A stretch of DNA of 64,000 bases from Massalongia carnosa (taxonomy: Eukaryota): the NCBI GenBank assembly GCA_965645245.1, contig OZ287074.1, forward strand, positions 744,001-808,000, given 5' to 3'. The position numbers and the translations under genes are program-made. Within the stretch, counting starts at the first letter, position 1. Each line of letters starts with the position of its first letter. Shown here one piece after another: positions 11,607 through 25,121 of the stretch. The notes under the pieces are model-generated. The model was not told where the DNA came from. It searched no databases and was given only the letters and a program-made list of their open reading frames with translations.

Positions 11607-14443
11607 TTATTGAGCATTCAGCTTATGACTCACTCTACCCAATAAATATCGTCCACCCAACAGGCCCTCGAACCTCCTAAACCGCTCCTGCATCGACATC
11701 CTGACGAACGCCGGAAGTCCAAAACCCCCCTGTTCAAACTCCGGACTAGGAGCCTGGAGCTCCGCGAGTATGATTTGAGCGGCGAAAGCGTTCATCCCTG
11801 CTCTGCGAAGGAAAACTTCCCAGGAAGTTTCATCCTGCAGCAATTTTAATTCTGAATCGGTCGCGCCATATTTCACCATCATGGCCACGATCCATTGCGC
11901 TAACTGCTCCTCCCCCTCAGCGACGAAGAATGATTGAGTATCTTGTTGTATAGTAGCGCAAAAGTCGATGAACTCAGCGATAGCTCTGCAATCGCTGACT
12001 CCTACTTCGGGACTTATTCCCATAGTGTCCATACTGCGATCTTCGCTGACTAATACGACCAATCTTTCATATCGAGTAGCGCTACGAAGAATGTTCTCGC
12101 GGATGGCGGAACAAGCGGTTTGGCCAGGGAGAGGCCTTTGCTTGATTTTTTGAAGCGTTGTCCAGATGAGACCCGTGCTTGGAGAGAGAATCATATCGGC
12201 CTCGTTGGCCATTGTGTCTACCGTAGGGTTCGTCAATTCTTTTTCCGATTTAGCCCTCTCTACGGCAAAGTGATGTAAGGTGAAATCTCGTTCAACAAAC
12301 TCGGCTGCTGGATATAGTTGTTGTATACGACGTGCTAGCTTGCGGTTTCTTAGGAATGAAGCGGAGACGACGAATGGGTGAGGGGTATTTGGTACCACAA
12401 AGTTAGGTGGTGCGATATTCAGCGGAGTTTTTCGGGGTTGATTCTTGGATATAAGAAGTTCCATTGGTGGAAATGTGTCTTTGGGAGAACATTTGGATGA
12501 TTTACGATAATGTGGAGTCGTCGCCGTTATTTCAGGTCTCTGGATCTCGCCTTTCCTGATGCACATAAACTTATCCAACGCATTGAGAGCTGAGAAACTT
12601 TCCGCGAAAATGTTCGTTGAGCCTGTCTGAAGAGACAAAATCCTTTCATCTGCGGGTCCTATCTTCGCGGTATGGTGAACAGTGTTGGGGACTTTTAATC
12701 TTTCTAGATTGACTGCTTCTGTACACTCTTCTTCCAATGCAAGGGCTCGCCTTCGAACGAGGGACCCAAGATCCTTTTGCTCGGAGAAAGTGCCCAATTC
12801 CAGCTCCTCATCAGAATCAACTAGTTCATCTAGAAACCGCAGGCCTTCCGGCTTCCAGGTCAGCGTGTCACTATCAACGCATTCAGGTTGTTCCAGAGCT
12901 TTTTCTGTTGATCCATCATCTGAAATTGTCTCTTGCGGCTCAAAATCTTCCTGGACACCATCGAAAGGATTCCACCTCAATTCTTGCTGGAAATTCCCTG
13001 TCGCTGACCAAAAATGATTGTCCAGATGAAGTTTCTGTGTTTCAGAAAGTATTGCTTTGTAGGAGCTTCTCTTACCATGCACTCTCCAGGGAGCCACGGG
13101 AAAAGAAAAATCCATAAGTGGTATAGAAACTCTGCGCTCCGTATCAGCCGCCCGCAATCGCTCCTGCTCAATGCAACGATCAGCTTTGATGCCACTCGGG
13201 GCAAGCACTTCAGCAAAGAATGTATCTAAGTCCTTGGACGAGATATCTTCGTTTTTAGCAACTTCTGGTAGGAGGTCCGGAACTATCTCGAGCGAAGCTT
13301 CGCTAAATGATACGTTCTTTCTCTTCGAATGTAAAGATTGCTCCACTATCAACGGAGTTAATGGTCCCTCAAGTTTCCGATTGTCCAAACGCTCTCGCTT
13401 GATAGGAGGCGACGATGGTAAGTCGTAGATGCCTTTGAGAGGACTATAGATATCTTCAAGGTCCTTAATATTGATTAACATAGAGTTCGGCACTTCGAAA
13501 CTTAGCTGGCGATTCCTCTTTTTTGATACGGCAGCAAACTCGTCGTCTAACTGTTTATGGGTTACAAGAAGGTAACTCGAACCCGGCATTTCTGTTTCAT
13601 TTTCTAACAATAGAGCATCCTCTTTATATACCTGTCGTTCAACTTTAAGGAGCTGCTGACGGGTGGGACTGCTCTGGTCAGCCAAAAGCTCAAGCTGACT
13701 AGTTTCCGAGGACGGCTCAAATGGCAGAAAAGGTGGAGACAGTGATAATAGAGGCGGAGTCACCGCATCCCGCGCCGTGTTCTACAGCCAGTTATATTAT
13801 TCTCAAAAGTTTCAAATTTAATTAATGAGCAGAGGTCACGAACCCGCTTGTATGATATTACGCCTTCATCAAAGGACCCAAGTTCTCCATTCCCTGCGCC
13901 AAACTTCAGTATGTCCTGCAAAAATACTAAGGCCTCGCTGGAAACCGTCAAAGTCTCCGACTCGAATCGTTTTGCATACTCATTGGCTAAGCTATTGTGC
14001 TTGGACCAAGCAAAATCCTCGTCTACCTCCTCTTCCACGGCATCGAGTGCTAGACTTCGAATTCGCAGGTCTGGGGCAATCCGTAGTTTAAAAGAAATCA
14101 AGTCTAGCTCATGATCGGTATGTAGCAAGGGTAAATCCAGTTTCAGGCATTGAGATCGATGGGGTTCGAAAGTAATACCCTCGTCAAACCCTAGCGTTTC
14201 CTCTGAGAGCGCCTGTTTAATGAAGAACAGCAATGACATTGCACTTTGGTCAAAGAAGAGACTCTCAGCCGGCATACTTCCATTGGATTCATTGCTAGGG
14301 AAGGCTTCAGGTGCCTCTTCAAGGCCATCAGCGTCCCAATCGGAAAGCCCCAGACCCCTCAATGGGTCACTCGCAAGATAATTTTGAGCTAGCCCATGAA
14401 AGCGAGCATACTCCAGCAAAGAAAATTCATCCACTTGTGACAT
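11607..14443 (-). CDS. Conserved fungal protein with C-terminal XPF/ERCC4-like region, possibly meiotic Zip2/SHOC1; 2 exons
   Basis: ORFs 13760-14449 and 11607-13763 join in frame through intron 13782-13843 (SYKR|NTARDAVTPP). The C-terminal AEFVERDF...EADMILSPSTGLIWTTL...YERLVVLV...GMNAFAAQIIL resembles an XPF-like fold followed by an HhH-like segment. The gene is solid; the family call is tentative. Confidence 0.75.
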
Positions 14444-14948
14444 AATCAATGTATGACTGTCTGTAAAAATAAAATAAAAAACATGAATCCCATTCTCAAA
14501 ACTTTGGTTTCCATCCTTATACTACTTATATAGCCGAGCTTAGGGCTATGATGATGATGCATACATCAAAAGAGGCTTCCCAAGTTTGTCTACCCAAGTA
14601 CCTTACCTAAGTATCGATAGGTAAGCTTATCTTGTTTACGCTTCTAGAGGGGCCAAATTTTAGCGTTCTGCAGACAAGTGATTTCGCTCGTCGCATTCAC
14701 TGCTGTATTACAGCACATCTCTACCATTCTCACTTGGGTATGCATTCAAACCCTTTAGAACAAATCGAACTTTCGTTTTGATAGATTTAGAGCAAGCCCC
14801 AAATGTACGTCAAGCTATTTGGGATGTCTAGGCGGCTTGCTAAAGGTATCAATGAATGTTTCTAGGAGCATCACCTAGTAAGAATGAAACAAGATCAAGA
14901 ATTTTTCCGGTGCCAAGTTATCGGAGATACTCGAAGAACCGGCCAGTT

Positions 14949-16257
14949 TTAGTCATTGTAGTTGGATTGGCTTGACCCATCCTTGTTGACTTTAGGTAGC
15001 CCATATCGAGCATGTAGCTCCTCTTCCTGCGATTTGCCGGCTGGATCGTAGTATGGGCGTTCAGCTTGTGGAGCGACTCGAACAGCATGGCGACGGTGAG
15101 GTGCAAACCCATAAGATGCAGAGTGGTTCTTTTGAGCGTTAGCTTTGGCGCTAACATACACTAGTGTAGAGGACATGATAACTTACGCATACCCGATTAT
15201 CCCAGAAGGCAACGTCGTTCTTTTGCCATTGAAAACGCACATGAATCTCCTGAGTAGTGGTAATAATCTCGTTTAGGTACTGAATGATGGCCTTGCTCTC
15301 CACCTTTGGAACGCCGACGATATCAGTAACGAATCCAGGATTAAAAAATACCGACTTCCAGCCGGTCACCGGATTCGTACGGATAATGGGATGTTCGGTA
15401 GTAACTGGATCACGGCGGACTGGCCGGCCTAAAGCTCGGGATCCTTCGGCTTGAAGCTCGGCCGAGTGGAGCGCTGTAAGACCCTCGAGGTACTTTTGCA
15501 TGTGGGATGATAAAGCATCATACACAGCATACTGAGATGTCCAGAGAGTATCACCACCACCTCCTCGAGGAGGTCCAGATAGCAGTTTGAGAGATGTGTA
15601 TGATGGAGGCTGCAGTTCATACGTCACCTGCTTTCATCAGCTGCTTCCTCCCTTCACACCCGTTGGTGCGCTTACATCCGAATGCCAGAGAAACGTTGGT
15701 GAGAAACACGCGCGCTGGTCTTTCGAATTCCCGTCCGTGAATACGACATGAACGTCTTCTAAGCCTGGCTTACGTGGAACCGAGGTCGTCGCGTGCTTGT
15801 GCAGCGTTCCATAATATTTCCCCAGCTCCCGTTGAGCATCGATATCCAGATCGGTTTGGTTACGAAAGAAAACCACTCCCCGGACCGCGATGAGGCGCGC
15901 CAGATCGTCTTTTTGCGTGTCTGTCAGCTTGGCTAGGTTAACACCGTGGATTTCGCTGCCAATCTTTGGGTTGTAGTCAAACACATCTGAGGCCGCATCA
16001 AGAAGGTTGCGGAATTGTGGATGGCCTTGAAGCCCCTTATCGTGATACGGAACTTCGGTCAAAGGTTCCCAGTGGATATTGGGAAAGCTTGGGCGAAGGT
16101 CGTCGTGCTCGTAAACGTGATGGGCTTCCACATCGGTACGGCCGGGCTCATATTTGAGTTGTTGGGATTTGCTTAACGGCTTTCCCCAACTGACTTGTCC
16201 GTTCGGATCTTTCGCTCGTAGTACCTTATCAATCGGTTGCACCAAGGATGGAGCCAT
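14949..16257 (-). CDS. TauD/TfdA family Fe(II)/2-oxoglutarate dioxygenase (sulfonate dioxygenase-like); 3 exons
   Basis: RGVVFFRNQ, WHSD|VTYELQPPSYT (HxD iron motif), GGDTLWTSQY, HPIIRTNPVTGWKSVFFNPGF and FWDNR..NHSA motifs across three ORF pieces separated by short introns. Confidence 0.93.
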
Positions 16258-17448
16258 GGGGTGAGAGGAGGAACAGATTTTATCTAGATATTTCCAAGTT
16301 CTGTTAATCAATCAAGGGAGACGACCATGGAGAACGTTCAGAAGATAATGGAAGCGAAATAAACAACAAAAAAGGCATTATAAATTTCCTTATTAATCAT
16401 TGATCGCACAATCCCTTATTGTAAGCACGTCATAGGACGCGCAGGGGTGATGTATGGTTTGCATCTAACGAAGCATCTTCCCCACATACATACCGTAGCC
16501 ACATTGGGCCAAACCATCGGCTAGGGAGATGGGGAGAAATGAAAATGTTACTCCAGTACAAAAATCGAAAACATATATCGACGCTGCTGCCTAGTTAGCG
16601 CATACAAACCTCGCGCAGGGGCCTTCTGATTGTACAGAGTACAAAATATTATGATTAGACGCTGCTGTTGCGAGCTGTGGCAATTGCTCATCAAGAGATA
16701 ACAAGCTGCTGTTGGAAGATGGTATCTTTATGTCAAAGTAGGAAGGAGGCAAGCAGATGGCGTAATATTAAGTGTCAATGGAGGAGCAGGCGGTTGAAGG
16801 GGGCAACGTCCGGCACCGGCATAAGAATACGTCCCTTCAACGAGGTGAACTCTGCAATAACCGTTGCACTGACTACCCTTTGGCTGTTTTAGCGATTGTT
16901 GAGTCAGCCATGAGGAAATGAGCCAAATTCAATTATCATCATAGTAGGTTCGATCCTGTTAGCGATGGCCCAATGATGTGGTGATTTGTTTTCTGAGGAA
17001 GTGGATTCTCACCACTTGATAAGCAAAGAGTTGACACCGCAAGCGACATATGAGATACATATCAGCGTGTAGAAATGATTGTTGCGTTTTCTACTCTACA
17101 ACGTCAAATGAATCACTTTCCTCCTTGGGAAAAACTCTCTTTCTTCTATCTTAGCCCCAAGTAGCATTGCAACGGTGTTCAAAAGAAAGGTATCTATTTA
17201 TTTGGATGCCTTACGTAAGACTTATATAACATGTATGGGTCTGATCGTGGCTTTAAATTTGGCGAGAGCATTATTTGAGAAATATCATCATCCACGGTCA
17301 ATTAATTAGACGACGCCTATGAAAATTGCCTGGGGAATGATGAACAAGGCCAAAGACAGGAAGTGAAAGAAATAGATCCTTCTAGGCAATTATACACATA
17401 TTTGCCACCACTGGCAAATGCAAGAGTCAGCTCATTGCATTCCCTAGC

Positions 17449-18000
17449 TCAACGTCTCGAAACCATTTTGTGCTCCAGTGCCTCCTTGGCAGGGAGTCTT
17501 CTTGCAGGATCGGATTTCTTTAAGCCCGTAACGAGATCCCTGAGGTCTTCGTTAATACCCTTCCATAGAGAAACTGGTTTTCGCGGATTGATCTTGTTGA
17601 ATCCACCACGAAGTAATTCAAGAACTTGACCCCAAGGACTATCACCGAGATGTTTCAAAACCCCATTCAACCCCTCTTCGTCCGCAAAATAAGAGATTTG
17701 ATGCTCGAGAATTACGGCTAGTGCTTTTTTATCTTCATCCAGACTTTCTTTATCGACGGCGAGGATATTTTTTTGGTCACGGCATAGATGCACTTATGAA
17801 AAATGAGTTCTTGAAAACTTGAATAACTGGAATAGAGTTTTGAAACTTGCATCAATACTAAAAGAAAAAAATTAGATGGCTTGTTAACGCGAGTCTGTGT
17901 ATGCGCTTCTGGACTGCGCGCCACATGATATTGCCAACCTGCATACCAACGATATCACTGTTAAGATTCACATAGGCAGCGTCTTCAATATCAGCGAGGC
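17449..18000 (-). pseudogene. Protein kinase C-lobe fragment (fungal CMGC-like family), frameshifted
   Basis: LADIEDAAY..GMQVGN, RSPEAH..RVNKPSNFF, QISYFAD and DPARRLPAKEALEH lie in different frames. No N-lobe recognisable. Confidence 0.7.
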
Positions 18001-18406
18001 CTGTAAGGTCAGAAACCTCTACGTGGTGCAGGCTATCAACACCTCCTCGGAGGTGGCCAATATCTGATCATCGCCAACGCGGAAGCCCACCTTGGTGGCC
18101 GTTTGAATGATCAACGTCTCTACTGATCATTCACCACTTCGAAGGCATAAAAAGACCATTCATTCGGAATAGCAACACTTCCACACCTTCATTTATATGA
18201 CACCACGATCTGCCCTCGATCACGGCCAGTCTTCCTTCATTGAGTCAAAACGGTTAAAGAGAGAGAACGTTCGTCGAACGTGTGAAGATACACTGTCTAG
18301 TTCATCGAGTCTACATAGTCCTTTCTCTATTATTCTCTTTCCTTGATCCTCCCCCAAGGTTTAACAATGTTTGTCTACCTTCAGACTCTAGACGTGCAAT
18401 TGTATA

Positions 18407-21400
18407 TACTACTACGGCAGCGGATTTTATCGAGCTACGTGGATTGTTGTTGTCTTTTTACGGAGTCATCATACATCCAGCATATGCAGCGCACCTTGCA
18501 TAAACGTAAGATCTCCTTTCTATTCAGTAAACCGTCAGAACTTTTCCGCCGGCACCTAGCGAAACCTTAGAAATCCTTCAGTTAGCTTACAAGTTCAAAG
18601 ATACTGCTGAGACGTCTTAGCAAGACATCAACACCAAGCATGAATAGAAAAAAGGAAAGAAAGCATGGATAGAAGACACAACTCTAAATAAATCAAGCTT
18701 GAATGAACGAAATATGGATAGATGCATGGTTATTGTTGTCCGTTGAATTAAAGTCGTTTGTCGGGTTAAAGCCGCCTAAAGCTGCTTTCAGAGCAAACAA
18801 CGCCCTCATCCATTAACTTTAAGTCTTCAGCTTTTGTCGGCCTCGTCAATCGTCGCTCTATTTATCTAAGCATTGATTCTACCCTATCCCTTTCCCCACC
18901 GTCCTCGATGTTCTCCTCTCTTTGCGCTCCGTCGTTTCTAGTCCTTTTCCTTTGGCTTGCTAGAAGAATTTGTAAAGGCTAGTTAGGACAGAACGAGACG
19001 CTATCTGTAGGCAGGGAATTTTTTTCAGCGAGGAGTACAGGAGTGAATGAAGAGGCGGAGAATCAGGGAAGCCTTTAGAATTACATGATTCTAGGGCAGA
19101 AGACGTTTTCAAGAAAGTTGATTGACTGGAGAAGGGAAACCGGGATTTCGGAGGGGTTTGGGCTTACTAGCAATTGATGAAGGAAACGACCCGGAAACGA
19201 CCCGCAAAGCATCATTATCGCCGAATCCATACACTTACTTACTTTCATACTACAGCTTCTACGGGTTGATGTATCGGCAAATGACTGTCTACGATTGATT
19301 GGTTTCTCTGTGGTATGATTCAGTCTTTGAGAAAGTCAAGATTCGAATTATGGAACCAGTCTCTTTCATCAGAATACATCATTCTTTCATTTATCACAAG
19401 GATCACCCATAAACTCTATATTAACAAGCATACAAGGCCTAGAGGAGATGAACGGATGGCATGCAAAACCTCGAGAAATCTTTACAGGATGGGATAGCGT
19501 TGGGTGCAAAGAACGACGACGCCATTCTATCTTGTTTGGTGGACACCGAGACCCAGCGCGCCCCTCGGCAGTCTTCGATTCTTGCTCAAGATCTACACAC
19601 AGACGAGCGATTCAGGCAATGAGGCTCTAACTTTTCGCGATATTAATCCCCGATGGGAAAAGTCATGTTCTGTACTAAGGTAACTAGCTGCAAAGAAGGA
19701 GATGGCCAGAGATGCGGGGATTCGACCTTAACGAGAGTACCTAAATCACGCACACGAGCCTACCTTGAAAGAAGATAAATTGGGGAAATCCAGGCCGAAG
19801 TGCTTGAGGGCAAGTCTCATGCTCCAGCACCGAGACAAAATTTAGAGTTGATTTGAGATGCAGGGCTTATTTGAGGTAAGTGGCGTTTCCAGGCTGCTAT
19901 GATTATATCTACAGCCTGATACCTGGTCGCTCTGTCAGGACTTTGGCATTGGTACAGCTGCAAAGGTAAACTTCTTCTATTAATCTTGTGCAGCATCCAT
20001 TCTAGCAGTTCCTTGACGCTCGTGTTCTTGAACCATAAAAGCTTAATATCCTTCCGTATTGGGAATCATTCAGTGATGGGATAGAAGGTTTTCTTTTCTA
20101 GGTCAGAGTCTCAAAGACTGGGCTGTACCCAAGGACTTTTTCAGTCTAGAAAGCTATTAGAAGATGATAAGCGATATAGCCAATGTCCTGCGGTCTTGGT
20201 TGATGCAAATTTCTTGAGAAACATTTTGCCGTAGAAAGTTCAGTGGCATTCGAGAGTTTATCAGATGCTATCTATAAAGTATATCACTTTGTATTCTCAA
20301 ATAGAACTCATCTGTATTCTTCCCTCCTGTGCTTGAATTCATTCATTCATTTCTCTCACTTTTTCTAATTGAATCTTTTGAGCATCGACAACCCATCATA
20401 TAGATCAAAATGCTCTCCTAGATCATCATCCTTGGCTTTCTTGCAAGAATCGCAGATTGAATACCCAAGTTCAACAACATGCAGCGACGAAGCATCGTAT
20501 ATAGTCTCATGATTCTTTCTTTCAGATAATCTCTTAAGTTCAACCTGGCAAAGATGTTTATCTGGTTACGCTGCACATACATAAAATAAAGCTGCCTGTA
20601 GGAGTTTAGTCGACGTCTCCTGTCCTGTTCTCCCTAATCTGCCTTGTGAATGAATATCTTCCTCTCTAGGATGTAGCGATGTAATCCATTCGAATTGCTC
20701 AACTCCTGGCAATCGCTATTGGGACAAGAGCGCTATCGGGTTAAAGCCATCGAGTCTGTTGAGACCAACAGTTTTGCCGAAGTTTTGCCGAAGATATTTT
20801 AAACAAATGAAAGTCGTCGGCAAAACTCGACTGTGAGAAATGATACGTCCATCAAGCAACGGCTTTGGCAGTCGTCAATGTTCGACTTCGACAAACACCG
20901 ACTCGAACCTAACAAATGACGGCTTAAACCCGACAAACGGCGGGATCCGATGGAAACAACAAATCTTGAGGTCGGGTTCAATCCTCTTTGCTCCAGCAAA
21001 TAAGCTTCTATGTTCTAGAAAATGAAGAGTGTCAAGGGGCTAAGGAGACCTAAATTTCTTAAGGCGCAGACATGAACTCTAAGAGCACTAACCAAGGGAG
21101 CGAGAGGCCGAAAGGGGCCGAAAAAATGCGCTTTCAACCTGACGAATTACGAGATTAACACTCGTGACTGAGACGGCGGATTTTGAGATTGAGTTCTGCA
21201 AATATTCAAGAATTAATTAGAAGCGACAACAATCCTGACAAACTGATTAACATAATATAATTAGTTGAAATCAAATCTGAGAAACTTTCTTCATCCACCT
21301 CTTGTACTGCATTTAACTATGTGCGGCTCTAGAAATTGAAGAAAGAACCCACCGGGCGGAGCGACTGCTGAAAAGAGGTCAGAGAAAAGAAGTATATTAA

Positions 21401-22614
21401 ACGTAAGGGTGTGAAACCACCCAGATTGCTATCAGGAAGGATGAAGAAGTCAAGTCTAATTTATAGGGAGGATGTACGCATTTGTTCCAGTCGGTTAGTT
21501 CGATCGAGAAGGTGTCATAGGGGCATCTCGATAAGAGAAGCGACAATCCGCGAGGCTTTAAACCCGACAAGTAACGGGTTCGACACAACCTTGGGACTTG
21601 AACCCGTCGATTATCCGGGTTTAAAGCCGTCGGGACCGTCATTCTGTCGGCTTTAACCCACCAAAAGATAGAAGAGAGCGAAGCCGACAAACGGCGGAGC
21701 GAGATCTCACGAAAACTAATGGAGAAGATAAATCTGGCAAGAGAAAAATACTGAACAAAATACGAGTCCTCTAGTAGGAATCGTGCCTTGATTTGCGAGA
21801 CCACGATCTCCCTAAGAAAAGAACGCCAAGAAAACCTAGCCTCTAACTGACAGACTTCGAGATCGATACAATCCATTAACATAGCGTACCCATCAAGGTG
21901 AAGTACTAAAGAAGTTCCCCACATCCCTCCATCGCACCTCTACCCACATAGTGCTCTTCGTGTCGGACTTTGTTCTCGAAGGCAGGGAAGAGGTCGAGGT
22001 ATTGAGGAGCCAGGCGGATAAGTGGAGCGAATATTCAAGAGGAGAAAGAGCGACTGTTATAAAAATCGAGGTCTCGAACTAAAACCAAATGATCGAGAGA
22101 CAAGCGGCGAGATCGATAACACCAAGGGACTTGACTCCAATGATTCGAGCCTGATAAAAGGCGGCCGCGATAATCTCAAGACTTTGAAGCAGTGGCACCG
22201 ACGGTGACGGCTTTAACCTGCAAAGGTTGGGTGAACTCAGGAAGCGCGACAACGATCTCTATATTTACTTTTCGCCTTCTTATCTTCTTTGATCTATTTG
22301 AATAGAATTAAAGCATCCGATACATCGATCAAACAATCACGTAGAATTCTGAAATAGATACCTATTCTAAACGTGAAAACGAAGAAGCAGAAGAAAGATT
22401 ACTGGCGAGGTTAACTGCAGTCGGGGCCGACAGATTCCCCCGAAGCCGTCAAGTTTTTGTCGCGGGCCGACAATCTACCCGCAGGTTTTCCGAATAGTAA
22501 ATACCATTCCTGAGGATCTTCCGAAGCCGCCACTAGGCGGATGTCGGGGCCGACAGTCATGTGATTGTCGGGTTTGAGAACTGTCGGGCGGTTTGGGAGA
22601 TTAAACCTGTAGTA
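18407..22614. mobile_element. Degenerate repeat/transposon relic, unclassified
   Basis: 4.2 kb with no intact gene and stop-interrupted frames (e.g. + strand ~21650-21950). At least 7 copies of a CGGGTT(T)AAAGCC-like motif in both orientations, and three GTCGGGGCCGACA-like palindromes near the right end. Boundaries are tentative. Confidence 0.4.
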
Positions 22615-22665
22615 CATAGCCGGTGGATGGGGAATTCTTAGAAGTATTCTGAGTATTCTTTTCTC

Positions 22666-25121
22666 CTACCCAACAACTTCCTCCTTCGCTTTCTCACCAC
22701 CATCCTCAACACAAACAGCTTTTTTCCCCTTCCGATAAACCCTCTCATCCGCTGGATCGAACCCGCCCCTGCCCCACGTAGCCCACTCCGGCGTTTCCGC
22801 GCCCATGTAATCCTCCGGCGTAAACGCCTCCTGTCCACTCTCCAACAGCTCGAAAAATTTCGTGTAATCGATCAACGTGCGCCACCGGCCGTCGACCTGG
22901 AACCGCGTGGACGCGAGCAAGATACAGCAGCTATGCGCGTGCTCGGCCGCGATGCCGTAACTTAGCCCCCGCGCTGCGAGTTCGGCGTTCAAGGCCTCAG
23001 TGAAGGCGACCACCTCGGCGTAGAAGGGAACGTTTTGCATCGTCAGCCCGCCGCCCGTGACGGAAGTGGTGCCGCAGTAGGTGACGCCCTTGATCTCGAC
23101 GAAACAGGGGAGACCCCGTGCGACGAGGTCCGCATACCCGACCACCTCGTCGGCGATGTTGAAGCCTTTGACGAGAGTGAGGCGGAATACGGTGCGTGTG
23201 CGGTGGCGACGGTCGTGGAGGATGTCAAGGCAGCGGAGGAAGCGCTCCCAGAAGTCGCGGTGCAGAGGGCGGTCGATACGACGGAGGCTCTCGCGGTTAC
23301 TGGCGTCGATGCTAACGTACAGCTGGGTTACGTTCCCCAGGGCGGCGAGCTGATCCGGATGCTGAGCGTTGCAGACAAGGAAGCTACTAATGCGCTGGGC
23401 GTGCAGGAGGGCGAGGAAGGTATTAATGTACGGGTAGAATATGGGTTCTCCTACTAGGCTGAGTGCGCAGTGGCGGATGGTCATTGCTTCCTGGAAGCGG
23501 TCTGCACGCACACCCGGAACGCCGCGCATCATCTTGATTTTCTTAAGGTGCGCTTCCCTCGCGCCAGCGAAGATAAGTTCAGGCGGGTCAATTTTCCAAC
23601 GCCAGGTGGTGCCGACGGGGTTGGTGCCGTGGCGCCAACAGAAGACACATTTGTTGGAACAAGAGAGGGATGGGGTCGTCTCCATGCAAAGATGGGATTT
23701 GATGCCGTAGAAGCTGAATTTGTAGCAGGAGCCACGGCCGCGCAGGGCGGATTTGGTCCAGCGGCAAATTTTGACGCCAGAATGACTGCCGATGATGGCG
23801 TAGCCTTGCTTGGTGAGGGAGGCATAGGTTGGGGAGGAGCGGGGGACCATTTCTTTCAGCTCTGGCGCTGACACGGGCGCAGCGCCGTAGGTAGTGAAGT
23901 CTATGGGTACGAGGAAGGCGGATGGATCACTTTCGGATGAGTTGATGATCTCGGTTTGGGCTGAGCCGCCAAGATCTTCAAGATCATCGACCCTGGATTT
24001 CTTTCCATGCGTAGTATCTTCCTCATTTTTGCTATCTTCTCCCTCTTCCTCGTCACTCTCCACGGCATCACCACTTCCCATCACGCCTTCACCGAGCCCT
24101 CCTTGGACCGCAACCTCTACCAAAGCTTTACCAACGCCAGTGGTCCATTCCTCAAGTCTTTGGTGGACATCAGATTTCACATCGCCCAATCCCAAAGGAA
24201 ACGCTCTTTTCCTCGCCGTCAGCTTCGCCATCCACTTATCCACCTCTATAGCTTGAGAGCAAAACCCTTCCGCCTCCGTCGCCCACCCTTCTCTATCTCC
24301 AAATCCAAACACCGAATACCCAACCAGTCCTGACAAAGGCGCAGTGTTGATGCGATGGTCATGATGCGTCTCCTCAAGATGGGTCAAGAACAAATTCAAT
24401 ACGGTATCGATGTCGTAGGTTGGTAGAAGGAGAAGGTAGAAGTATTTGAGATTGCGTGTATCTGGAGTGGGCTTTGGGATTGAGATGAAGAAGTCATCGT
24501 AATCGATGTATGACAGATCGTGAATTTGAGGTTCTGTGATAATCGTTGATTGATCTTCTAAATGGGTTTGAAGATCCGTGGCGAACTTGGCTGCATACTT
24601 TTCTGTAGCTCCGGTCAGAGATGAGAAGAACACCAGCGGTTGAATACGCTCAATGGGCGGGGCGTGGGCGTTTAGTTGCTTTCGACTGGCGGAACCGATG
24701 ACCTTCTTGGGGGCAAGGCGGGATCTCTTAGCATTCTGAGTGGATAGACGAGCTCCAGTGGATTCTTTCTTTGGGTTTGGCAGCTGGTCTCTGCTACGAT
24801 GTAACGAGGGGAAAACGGGTTGCTCCTTGTTGGTTGACCATGTTGTCTTTTCAACGCTTGGGGAGCTCGGCAGGGGTGAAGCTGATAACTGTTGTCTTTG
24901 CCTTCGCCGTAGTGATAATCGAAGAACCAGAGCAGTGATAGAGCAGGTAAGAAGGATCAGCGCGCGATAATCATGCCATATAGTAAGTATTTCTACCAAA
25001 CGAAATTAGTTTAGGATGTGACTTTTTGAGACTGGGTTTCGTTTCTTTGGTTTCGGATATGATGCTTACTATCAACACCTGGAGTCAACTGCTGGAATAT
25101 CAGCATGGCGAAGATGCTCAT
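22666..25121 (-). CDS. TYW1: S-adenosylmethionine-dependent tRNA 4-demethylwyosine synthase (flavodoxin + radical SAM); 2 exons
   Basis: Flavodoxin-like FFSSLTGAT, LTKQGYAIIGSHSGVKICRWTK, CSNKCVFC radical-SAM motif and HCALSLVGEP. The ATG exon 25070-25121 joins through intron 24993-25069. Confidence 0.96.

Noticed and set aside
18760..22614. Repeated motifs as a CRISPR-like array
   Set aside because: Eukaryotic context, irregular spacing, mixed orientation and no cas genes.
23035..24970. Numerous overlapping ORFs within TYW1
   Set aside because: Expected shadow ORFs of a GC-rich coding sequence.
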